NCBI GenBank assembly: GCA_950097015.1
Contig: CATNEN010000039.1
Span: 13,702,001-13,766,000 of the forward strand
Source: Macrostomum hystrix
Taxonomy: Eukaryota; Animalia; Platyhelminthes
Length of the DNA: 64,000 nucleotides
Direction: 5' to 3'
Shown: positions 51,363 through 63,300 of the stretch, piece by piece
Numbering within the stretch: the first letter of the stretch is position 1
Layout: every line of letters starts with the position of its first letter
The notes under the pieces: generated by a model
Told to the model about the DNA's origin: nothing
Seen by the model: the letters and a program-made list of their open reading frames with translations, nothing else
The model's database searches: none
Made by a program: the position numbers and the translations under genes

Positions 51363-54300
51363 ATGACAACCGCCCCAAACACTGACCAGCGCAATCCGGC
51401 CGGGTCGGATGAGAATAAAAGTGACAGAGCTGCCGACGGAGCTGCGGCTTCGAAACCGGAGGCCTTCGCTCTGAGAGTTAGCAGCAGTCGTACGCTAAAC
51501 AATAGCATGTCATTGTTCAAAAGGACTAACGCAGTTGGCACGAAGGTCCAGACTACAATCGTCATGCCGGCCACCGGATCCAATAATGAGCACTCGCCTG
51601 CTGCCGCAGCAGCCGCCGCGGCAGGAAAGTCTGGTGGAAGCGACGTCAGCATGCGGATGCTATCGAATAGCAGCCTACCCAATGACACGGCCGCGCATCT
51701 GTTTAAGGTTTGCTGAAATCGACAGGGGGTCCGTGGCAAACCGTTAACGCGTTTGTCTCTCGCACCAAGGTCCCTGAGCTCGATTCCGCGGCGAGGCCAC
51801 ATTCGTTTGGGGCGCAGCCGCGGAGAGAAGGCTTTGGGGGCTTGTCGTGCAGCTTTGACAATGACAGGAGGGAGATCAGATACTGAAAATCGGAGACTCG
51901 CGTGAGATTAGATTGACTGAGAGTCCAAGACTGACTGGCAATTTCGCCAATTTCGCCAACGACTCCTGAGCACACAATGTTACTGTAGAGTACCAATAAC
52001 TAATAATTTATTGCACCTGCCTCTATTGGGCCAGATGTGCGTACGACTGTTTAGTCCATGGAGTGGGGGGATGACACACCCACCCTCAATTACCCCAGCT
52101 AAAGCTACTACCCATTGAACAGCTGTGTGGAACTGCATAGCAAGCCAGTGTAAATTGTTCCAGTTGGAGCTGGGAATCGAATCCCGACCTTCAAGTCGTG
52201 AATAGGATGCTCAAACCACTTGGCTAAAACTGACTCGACAAAGCCTGATAACAAATCAGAATTTCTCCCAAAAACCCCAAATCAATCCCCAGTGCGCGGC
52301 CGACGGAACAGCGGACGAATTGCGCCAGATTTTCGACAGCAACTGCGAGGCCATTGAGACCACCAATGAGCACGGCCAGAGCTTGCTGCACGTGGCTGCT
52401 AGGGCCGGAGAGACGGCCGTCATCGCCCTGCTGATCGAGGAGGGTGCCAGTGAGCGCTAACTTTAACTCTCCTTTGTCTCATCTCTCCTGTGTCTCATCT
52501 CTCCCGTGTCTCATCTCTCCAATGTCTCATCTCACCCCTGTCTCATCTCTCCCGTGTTTTATCTCTCTCCTGTCTTATCTCTGCTGTGTCTCATCTCTCC
52601 CGTGTCTCATCTCTCCCCTGTCTCATCTCTCCCGTGTCTCATCTCTCCAATGTCTCATCTCACCCCTGTCTCATCTCTCCCGTGTTTTATCTCTCTCCTG
52701 TCTTATCTCTGCTGTGTCTCATCTCTCCCGTGTCTCATCTCTCCCCTGTCTCATCTCTCCCGAGTCTCATCTCTCCCCTGTCTCATCTCTCCCGTGTCTC
52801 ATCTCTCCCGTGTCTCATCTTTCCCGTGTCTCATCTCTCCCGAGTCTCATCTCTCCCCTGTCTCATCTCTCCCGTGTCTCGAAGAAATTCACTCAAAACA
52901 TGCTGCTGACTATGTCCCTAAAATCCTAACATCGCGCGCAGACATCGACTTTCAAGACACGGACGGCAAGACAGCCCTCTACGAGGCAATCGAGGCCAAT
53001 CAGGTGGACACCGTGCGACTGCTAATTGATCTGGGCGCCAACATCGGACTGTCGACAGTGAGAGAGCGCAAAGCTCCTGTCCACCTGGCTAGCGAGCTCA
53101 ACAGAGTTGAATGCATGCAGGCTCTGCGGGAATGTCCTACGTGGGACGCCAATCTCGAGGGTTACCATGGCTACACGCCGTTGCACTTTGCCTGCAGCAA
53201 GGACGCTGTGGACACCTGCAGATTTCTGGTGCGTTTTTAATTACTAATAATAATTATAATAATTGATTACACCAGCCCCAATTGGGCCTGATGTGCAGCC
53301 GACAGCACAGCCGCAGCTATTGCGCGGCGCATCTGAAGGCTGCGTACGGCTGTTCAGTCCATGGACTTAGGGGACGCCACACCCACCCCCAATTACCCCA
53401 GCTGATGCTGGCACCCATTTAAACGCTGGGTGAACTGAAGCAATGCAGAGTAAAGTGTCTTGCTAAAGGACACAAATTGTTCCAGTGGAGTCGGGAATCG
53501 AACCCCCGACCTTCAAGTCGTGTGTCGGACGCTCTAACCACTAGGCTAGAACCCCTATGACGTTTTTAAACCTTCCAATGCACTCGGGGGGGGGGTTAGT
53601 GGCAGAGCGGTTAACGCGTTTGCTTCTCAAAACAAGGTCACTGAGTTCGATTCCGCGGCGAGGCCACATTTATTTGGGGCGCAGCCGCGGAGAGAAGGCT
53701 TGGTGGCAGTGTCGTGCAATTTACGCCCACGAGGGTCAACCTCCAAGGCACATTGAAACTGCCTGATGATGAGAAGGTCGGGACAGTTGTACACACCTGT
53801 GTGTGCGTGTGTGCTTGGAGTCACCGGAGTGTGCAGAATTGCCTCCTCGCTGGCTAAGGGTCTACTGTCTCCAGATGTCCTATCTTTAGTGTTATTTCGT
53901 TTCGCTTTTCCACGCACTTTTGGTTGGGCTAAGTTTTCAACAGCTGTACAATAATACTCTTACTTGGCTCTCCTCTATACTCTTTTTCGTTTTGTGTTTA
54001 TCAGCGGGCAGTCTATCCACATAAAACGAGTGTCATTTCAATAGAGCTGACAAGCTGACAGGAAAGATTGTTCTCATTCGCACGCAGATAAAAAACAGTG
54101 ACTATTGAAAGAGGCAGCATTTTTTGTTGCTAAGGTTTGAATCTAAGTTCATTTTTTGAGCAATGATTCTCACAGTACTCCTATGCCTTCTGGCATTTGT
54201 TCTGTACTTTTTGCTGGTCCTCAAAGCACCGAAACCCAGCGACCCACCCAGCCCTGGCTGGTATCCGCTAGTTGGCAGTCTGCCATTCCTGCGCGAGCCG

Positions 54301-57300
54301 CTGGAGGAGTTTCTCAACGAAGACCGATTCACGAAGCAGCCAGTCGTGGTGTTGTACCTCGGCTTGGAGAAGCTCTACTGCCTCAACACCTACGAAGCTA
54401 TTAAGGAGGCCTTCATAACACAGGGGGACAAGTTCCTTGGTCGTCAATCTACTTTCATCCTACGCGAGCTGACGGGTGAGAAGGCAGGCATCATTCTGAG
54501 CGAGGACGAGCAGTGGCGCCTCTACCGTCGGCTGAGTCTGCGCACCCTGCGAGACTTCGGCTTCGGCCGACAGGGGGCTGAGGAAATCATTCTCAACGAG
54601 GTTGGCGAGCTGTGCTCCAGAATCGAAGCCGACGGCATCCAGGCCGGACAGGCTCTGGACACGGTCCCCCTGCTGAGCACAGCCGTCAGCAATGTCATCT
54701 GCCAGATGGTCTTCGGCACCCGACTGGCTTCTGAAGATCCAGATTTCAGCCGCATACTGGACATGTTCCAGCGCATCACGCAGAGCCAGAACAACCGAAC
54801 CCGCGGCATGCTGTTCCAGCTGCATCAGCGCTACTATGCCAAGTTCACGCCGCTGCTAAGACTGGTCATGGCCATTCGACGCAAGCAGATCAACATATTC
54901 GCCGGGCTGATCGACTTCTGTCGCCAGCAGCTGGCAAAGCACAAAGCCGAGTTAGGCAGCCCGGAGCACCCCAGAGACTACATCGAGGCCTTCCTACACC
55001 AGCAGGCAGTCGATCCGGCCGAGTTCAATGACGTCCGGCTGTCGCTGGCGGTGCTGGACCTGTTCCTGGCTGGCACGGACACCACCTCGCAGACTCTGCG
55101 CTGGGCGATTCTGTTTCTCATTGAGAATCCCCAGGCTGAGAGACGCATGCTTGAGGAGATCAGGAGCGTTGTCGGCACTGACAGGCAGGTGTCTATGAAG
55201 GACAGGAGCCGACTGCACTACACCCAGGCTCTAATTGAGGAGGTGAATCGCATGGCCTGTCTGGCCCAGCTTGGCGTGGCTCACAGGTGCACGGAGGCTG
55301 CGAGAGTGTGCGGATACGAAATCCCACGCGACGCCCTCGTGGTATTCAACATCTACAATGTGCACAATAGTGCCGATCATTTTCCTCAGCCGGAACTTTT
55401 CCAACCGGAGCGTCACCTGGACGCCGATGGTCGGTATTCGCCGAACGAACACCTGGTTACATTTGGCATTGGCAAGCGAGCCTGCCTGGGTGAGAGTCTC
55501 GCCCGCATGGAGCTGTTCTTGTTTCTGACCAATTTGGTGCAGAAATTCGCTTTCCGACTGGACATTGCCGAGACTCGGACCATGGCCGAGATCAAGGCCA
55601 ATCCGGGACACCAGGGCGGCGGAATTCGAGCTCCGGCGAAGCATCGGATCTTGTTCAGCAGCCGGCCGGATGACAGCTCGTATTGAGAACTTGAGAACTG
55701 CTCAAAGAATTGCACGAGCTAGACTGGACTATTTTATGTGATTACCAGAATAAGAACTCAATGCTGTAACAATAAACTGTACTCATTTATTCACAGATAG
55801 GGACTGATAGGGTCTTTTAGAGACTGATAAAAAATGATAGATACTGATAGAGACTGAAAGAGACTGAGAGACTGATAGAGACTGATAGAGACTGATAGAG
55901 ACTGATGGAGACCGATAGAGACTGATGGAGACTGATAGAGACTGATGGAGACTGATAGAGACTGATAGAGACTGATGGAGGCTGATAGAGACTGATAGAG
56001 ACTGATGGAGACTGATAGAGACTGATGGAGACTGATAGAGACTGATAGAGACTGATGGAGGCTGATAGAGACTGATAGAGACTGATGGAGACTGATAGAG
56101 ATTGATAGAGACTGATGGAGACTGATAGAGACTGATAGAGACTGATGGAGACTGATAGAGACTGATGGAGACTGATAGAGACTGATAGAGACTGATAGAG
56201 ACTGATAGAGACTGATAGAGACTGATAGAGACTGTAGAGACTGATAGAGACTGATAGAGACTGATAGAGACTGAGAGACTCACAAACTTGCAGTTCACAT
56301 GCTTCATATCTTCAAGTTTCTTCTTTAGGTTTATAATTAGACACCATTGATTGATGATTTAATTGTGCCTTAGATTCCCAGTTATATTAACGCTAGCACT
56401 GGGCTGGGTAATAAAAGCTGACATGAATAATTAATTCATCTGAGCAAACAATTTGAGCATGAGTGGCGGGGATTTTGATCGAAATACAATGGGCCACTAT
56501 TGAATGGTTATCAACTTTTTCAGCTAATTGTCCACACTCATGAAACCTCCAAGGCAAAATTGTAATTACTGAAGCTTTAAGGCTCATTGTGTGTGGAACT
56601 TTTGAAATAATTTTACTAAGGCTTGATAATTGATTGTCGTTTAGCCGCATAGCTACTAAGCGATGCTGCAATAAGCAGTTTTGAAAGCTATACATGCATG
56701 ATTAAGGGGGACTTTTTAAGGGTGAATTTTTACGGGAGAGATGAGACACCGGAGAGATGAGACACGGGAGAGATGAGACACGGGAGAGATGAGACACGGG
56801 AGAGATGAGACACGGGAGAGATGAGACACGGGAGAGATGAGACACGGGAGAGATGGGACAGGCGAGAGATGAGACACGGAAGAGATGAGACACGGGAGAG
56901 ATGAGACACGGGAGAGATGAGACACGGGAGAGATGAGACACGGGAGAGATGAGACAGGGGAGAGATGAGACACGGGAGAGATGAGACACGGGAGAGATGA
57001 GACACGGGAGAGATGAGACACGGGAGAGATGAGACACGGGAGAGATGAGACACGGGAGAGATGAGACACGGGAGAGATGGGACAGGCGAGAGATGAGACA
57101 CGGAAGAGATGAGACACGGGAGAGATGAGACACGGGAGAGATGAGACACGGGAGAGATGAGACAGGGGAGAGATGAGACTCGGGAGAGATGAGACACGGG
57201 AAAGATGAGACACGGGAGAGATGAGACAGGGGAGAGATGAGACTCGGGAAAGATGAGACAGGGGAGAGATGAGACTCGGGAGAGATGAGACACGGGAAAG

Positions 57301-60300
57301 ATGAGACACGGGAGAGATGAGACAGGGGAGAGATGAGACACGGGAGAGATGAGACACGGGAAAGATGAGACACGGGAGAGATGAGACAGGGGAGAGATGA
57401 GACAGGGGAGAGATGAGACTCGGGAGAGATGAAACAGGGGAGATGAGACACAGGTGAGATGAGACATGGGAGAGAAGCGAAATGGCAGAGATAATTGAAG
57501 ATATCAAGGGCGTTTCAATGAATCAATCAATAGCACAATATCCCACTCCAACCAATCGGTCTCGCAGCTGGCAACGGAGGGCAAGCCGTGCAAGCCGGAC
57601 AATTTCGGCCAGTATCCGACCCACATCGCAGTGACGAACAGCAGCGCCAGGTGCTTGGCTGTCATAGTAGACTACTGCCAAAAGAAGTTCAGCATCACCC
57701 GACGCGAGGTGATGAACCATCGCGATATGGAAGGCAACGTGGCGCTGCACGCGGCTGTTAACTGCGGTGACCCCAACGCTGTGAAACTCTGCCTGCAGCT
57801 CGAGGCCGACATCGACGCTCAGCAGGAGGACTCCAGCACGCCGGTGCACTTCGCCTGCTTGAAAGGCGAGCTGGAGATGGTCCGAATGATGCTGGACTTC
57901 CAGACCAAGAAGGTGCGGGATGTGCTGGCGCAGAGAGACAAAAATGGTCACACGCCGCTGCACAAGGCCGTGATGTTTAACCACTCGGAACTAGCTCAAT
58001 ACCTGTTGAGCAAGGTACCTATACCTTCACTTTGCTCATTTGCCTGTCCGTTGCGGGTGTCAGTTTTTTGGCTGTGTCTTTCTTGTCTGTCTGTCTGTCC
58101 TGCTTGTTTGTCTGTCTCTCCGGTTTGTCTGTCTTCCCTGTCTGTCTGTCTTTCCTTTCTGTCTTCTTGTTTTTCTGTCTCTCCTGTCTATCTGTCTTCC
58201 CCGTCTGTTTGTCTGTCTGTCTTTGGATTTTTGCCTGATCCAGGTGTCTGACTGTTCTCTCCATATATTCCTCCTTTCAGGGTGCAGATCCGGAGCTCAA
58301 AGACAACCAGGAGAATACTGCCCTTCTACTCGCAGCCAGAAAGAACGCATTCGAATGTTTGGTCACTTTAATCAACACCGGCTCTGACATCACGGCCGTT
58401 GATGTTGACGGCAGGAATGTTATCCACCTGTGCACTATCAATGGCACGAAGAAGGACCAGTGGAACAACCCGTGCATTGTCAATGTTAGTTGAGCTGTTT
58501 TGAATTCATTTTAAAAGCTTCAGGAAGTAAACTTCAGGAAGTAAACTTCAGGAAGTAAACTTCAGGAAGTAAACTTCAGGAAGTAAACTTCAGGAAGTAA
58601 ACTTCAGGAAGTAAACTTCAGGAAGTAAACTTCAGGAAGTAAACTTCAGGAAGTAAACTTCAGGAAGTAAACTTCAGGAAGTAAACTTTCTATTTATCCT
58701 CACCAATCACACTTCCCTCCTCCTCCAGAAGCTAGCCCCGCTGCTGAACTTGAAGGATAACTACGGATGCACTCCGTTGCACTATGCCACCCAGAAGGGC
58801 GACCTGATGATCACAGAGAAGCTACTAATGCTGGGCGCTCATTGCAAGGTGACGAATAATGATCGAAGCACTCCGCTGCACTTCGCCGCCCGGTACGGCC
58901 GGCTGAACACCTGCCGTCAGCTCGTGGAGTCCTGCCCGCCTCTACTAAACAGCATGGACAGGATGGGCCAATCACCGCTGCACCTGGCTGCCGAGAATGG
59001 CCACTCAAAGATTGTGCGTATTCTTCTGCAGCGCGGCTCCGTGTTCCAGAAGTGAGCGTCGATGATTTCATGGTATACCCGGTCCAACTAGATTTCTGCC
59101 TATGAGCACCTGGGGCTTTTGGTGTGATTATGGATTTGACACCTGAGGATATAATAACCATTGTTAATCTGCACCGTAGGGGGGGGGTCGGTGGCTGAGT
59201 GGTCTCTCGCACCAAGGCCCCTAAGTTCGATTGCGCGGCGAGACCACATTCATTTGGGGCGCAGAAAAGGCTTGAGGGCTTGTCTGCAATTTACGCCCTT
59301 TAGGCCCAACCTCCAAGGCACAGAGAGAAAGTGTACACTGCCTGACGATGAGAAAGTCAGGGGCAGATGTACGCACCTGTGTGCGTGTGTGCTCAGGAGC
59401 CAGCGAAATGGGCAGAATTATACCTTCTCGCTGGCTGCGGGTCCACACTAAATGATGTGCCATTGCCCACAGCCCTACTGCAGTCATTGTTATTATATTT
59501 TTCTAATCATCTGCACCACAGAGACACGAACGGTAACACGTGCTTACACCTGGCCGCCCGCAACGGTCACATGGACTGCATCAAACTACTGCTGAGCGTC
59601 AATCCGATTCTCATCGACGGGCAGAACCGCGAAGAGGTGCGTATCTTGGAATGTTTCGTACCTTTTTATTCGTATATTCAGGTTGAATCTCGACACAAAA
59701 GGTGTGCTTGAGTTGATTGTGAATGAACAGGAAACCAGCTAACCGATCGATAATTCTATAAATAGATGACGGAGTCGGGAAAACAGCTAACCGATCGATA
59801 ATTCTATAAATAGATGACGGAGTCGGGAAAACAGCTAACCGATCGATAGTTCTATAAATAGATGACGGAGTCGGGAAAACAGCTAACCGATCGATAATTC
59901 TATAAATAGTTGACAAAGTCGGGAAACCAGCTAACCGATCGATAATTCTATAAATAGATGACGGAGTCGGGAAACCGGCTAACCGATCAATAATTCTATA
60001 AATAGATAGGTGCAAATAAATAGGTGCGAGCCAAACGGAGCCAATTTATTTATTCTTTTTTGTTGGAGAGGTCAAAGACAAAAATTGGAGACCAATCGAC
60101 AAATTAATCAATACTCTCTTTAAAAATTATTCAAATTAATTCGGAACTGAAATCGATTAGTGAAACATGTCTACGAGCGGGATAACGATAATCTAGACAT
60201 TTTTTTAATAAATTGTTTAAAACCCTGCAAAAGCTGTGAAATTCCGAATAAAATCGATCACAAAGCAATCGATCAGAGACTCCGTCCGATATTTTAAACC

Positions 60301-63300
60301 ATGATATTGGCCGGGAATAGTTTAACAAACAAGCTTTTTAGCACTAGCAATCTACTTGCATTGCAGGATTGGACGAGTCTGTGGTAAATGCTAGAGGTCT
60401 ATATTGACTGACAGCGACTGTTTGCATAAAAGTTTCGATTTTTTTGTTTAAATAATTTCAGTCACTATTCAAATAAAAAGCGGCGCGCTGACCTGCAGGT
60501 GCAGAGAACTAGAGAGGTCACAGTAAGTTGTCAGTAAGTTCTCAGCTAGTCCAGTGGTACTTACTCGCAGAGTTAATCTAAGGTAGATTGGACTAGGGGG
60601 AAGTAGATAAAAGAAGTAGATAGGAGAAGAAGAGAGTTAGAGAAGAGATTTAAGTGAGAAAAAGGTAAGAGGTATTGGCATTATTGGCCTTAACAGTAGA
60701 AAGACCCACCATTCTATTCCCACCTGGGGATATTTAACATTGCTCTGCATAACCATCTACGGCGAATCCGTATTGGTTCCAAAACAAAAAAAACAATTTA
60801 ATCAATCAAAAATAGTAAAAAATGATAGTCGACATGATTGCATGATGAAATTTTGTGAGCAGAAAATTATGCCTTATTTGAAATACCCCGTCGTCTTTCT
60901 ACTGTTGAGTACCATGGAGTTTCAGATTTACACCCGCTGAAGTTCACGATTTTAAAGCGCGCTATTGAGAATGTATTAACTCAGAGTAAACTTCACCTCT
61001 GCTGCCGCTGCATATGACTGCACATAAAACCGGACGATAGATAAATCGAAAAGCTTTTCAGGCACGGATATGCACGTACTGAACTACAGTTGAAGGTGCT
61101 CTGGTGGTGGTGATGAGAAAGTGGCTTTTAGTGGCATTGGCCGATTGTGAAAATTAATATACGTTGAGCATACGTTCCATGTTTACTCAATCACTCAGCG
61201 AGCACTTCCCAGAGCCCCTAGTCGTTAACCCGTCCAAACCGCAGGAGCTGATTAAGTGGACGGATTGTATTTTCTGCTAATTTAATTACCGAATGCAATT
61301 AATCGCCTTCATCTGAAAAAATACGTCAATTAACTGCATCGGACAGCAAATGACATACAACTATGAGTCTGAGCAGAAAACTGCCTCCTGTTTACTGGCT
61401 CGACTGAGAGTAAATAACATTGTGGTACTCATATTGGCGGTTGCGCTATTTATGTATGAAAAAAATCCTAAATCAGTGTCATCGACTCAGCTAAGATCAA
61501 AATGATTACGGAGCTTAACAACTACCGTCGAGATGATTAACTACGATTGTAATTTGATTTCGTTTCGCATAGCCAGTTTAAACAAATCAGTTGTTTTTTA
61601 TTGACTAAAATACTCAAATTGGCCTTGGACGAGACTGCACTTTTGCAAACTTTAGTCAATTCTCCTTTCGTGAAGCTAGATATTGGTGAGCAGGAAGCGG
61701 CATTGTTTCTAAGAATATCCTCAGACATTGTTGGTACTATACTCCCTTAACTTTAGCAATGAGCGAAGCGGATGAGCAGACAAAGACAAAGATTTTCTTT
61801 GATACAGCCAACGGAAGTTGTCCTCTGGAAGGGATCAGCTGGATCAGGTAGGAAGGAAGGTTAGTTGGGGTTACATTCTCATCCAGGTAGATTTACAATG
61901 AATATCTTCACAGCATATTTTAGTTTTCGAGAAAAAAATTAGTTTTGTTTGCACGGTAAATTTGAAAGGATCTATTGGGTGCGTGAGTGGCAGAGCGGTT
62001 AACGCGTCGGCCTCCTCAATTTTTAAGTCCCTGAGCCCGCTTTCACAATGACCACTATATTTCTGCATTTATTTTGGACAAGCCGCGGAGAGGCTCACTC
62101 CCTTGAAGGCCGACCACAAAGGCACGGGCAGAGTCTACACCGCCTGACGATGAGAAGGTCAGGGCAGATGTACGAAACGGGAGAATTGCTTTTGTGGGTC
62201 ACTGTCCCCTCGCCGCACTATATTACTGGCGTTTTTAACGTCTTACAATCAGAAGCATTGATTCGGTCTTTCAGAAAACAGCGCTGCACTTGGCTGCCCA
62301 AGCAGGTCAGTCCGATGTGGTCTCCTATCTGTTAACTCGCGGCGCAAGCCTGCTGAAGGATTCCAACGGCCTGTTGTTTATCAACTACGCCACCAGAGCC
62401 AAGGAGAAGGAGGTCGTGATGGCTGTCATCGAGCACGAACGTTGGACAGAAATTCTTCTCTCCGTGTCCATCGGTTGCTGTCCCGTATTCGAGTGCATCC
62501 AGTACCTGCCTGAGTGTGCCGCAGTGAGTTCCTTACACACGGGTGTACCTCATTTGTACAGTGTAGTGTACACACTCACTCGGGGGTGTGACCTCTAATC
62601 TCTTGTCCTCATTTCAGATGGCTCTAGACCGCAGCATCACCGACAAGGGCTACAAGGTGAGCTTTATGCGCCTATTCTAATTTTCTGCCACTGTTTTAAC
62701 TCAATCCATATTGAACTTCGATCTGTTGTGATTTACTAAGCAACTAAGAATTTCATTCGCCATTCAGACCGTCTACGACTTCAAGCTGCTGCAATTTCCA
62801 GTGGATAAGATCGCCGCCTTCGAGGAGAAGATGGGCACGAAGTACCAGTTCCTGCCGATTCTACGCGTGAGTTCGAGATGAACTTGTAAATGAGCCCAGC
62901 TCACAGTTCCAGCAGCAACAATCTGAAGCCTGTCTGGCTGTAGGATAGAGCCAGAATTTGGAGGGATTTGTAGCATTTGGAGAATCACTTCACACATTAA
63001 GGAACAGTTTCCAAAAATAGAAAGTGACGTCATATAAACAAAGGTCAGACAGATAAGCAGGTCTGTTGCTAAAAATAGCTACTGACTTCACACATATGTA
63101 CTATACAAACCTAGGAGGGAAGTTTTAATGGAAGGAGCGCTAACGTGAGTTTCTTAAATAGCAGCAAAAAGTACATCTCCAAACTGTTAGCCTATTCTAA
63201 TTATTTTTCAATACTTTAGCACATGGTCAGCCTCAATCGCGTCAGCCTGCTAACTCATCCACTTTGCGAGGCCTATCTCTCCATGAAGTGGTGAGTGATT

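Noticed and set aside
53490-53670. tRNA-like sequences with box A/B
   Set aside because: Acceptor stems do not pair and each continues into a shared SINE body, so they are SINE heads rather than tRNA genes.
53228-54165. Possible ankyrin-P450 fusion by splicing TRPA1 exon 3 to TTTTTTGAG at 54160
   Set aside because: A phase-0 join gives CAA TGA, an immediate stop, and GAG is a poor acceptor.
54460-55715. Antisense ORFs over the P450, and similar ones over protocadherin, CAP-H and TRPA1 exons
   Set aside because: Expected shadow ORFs of GC-rich coding sequence.
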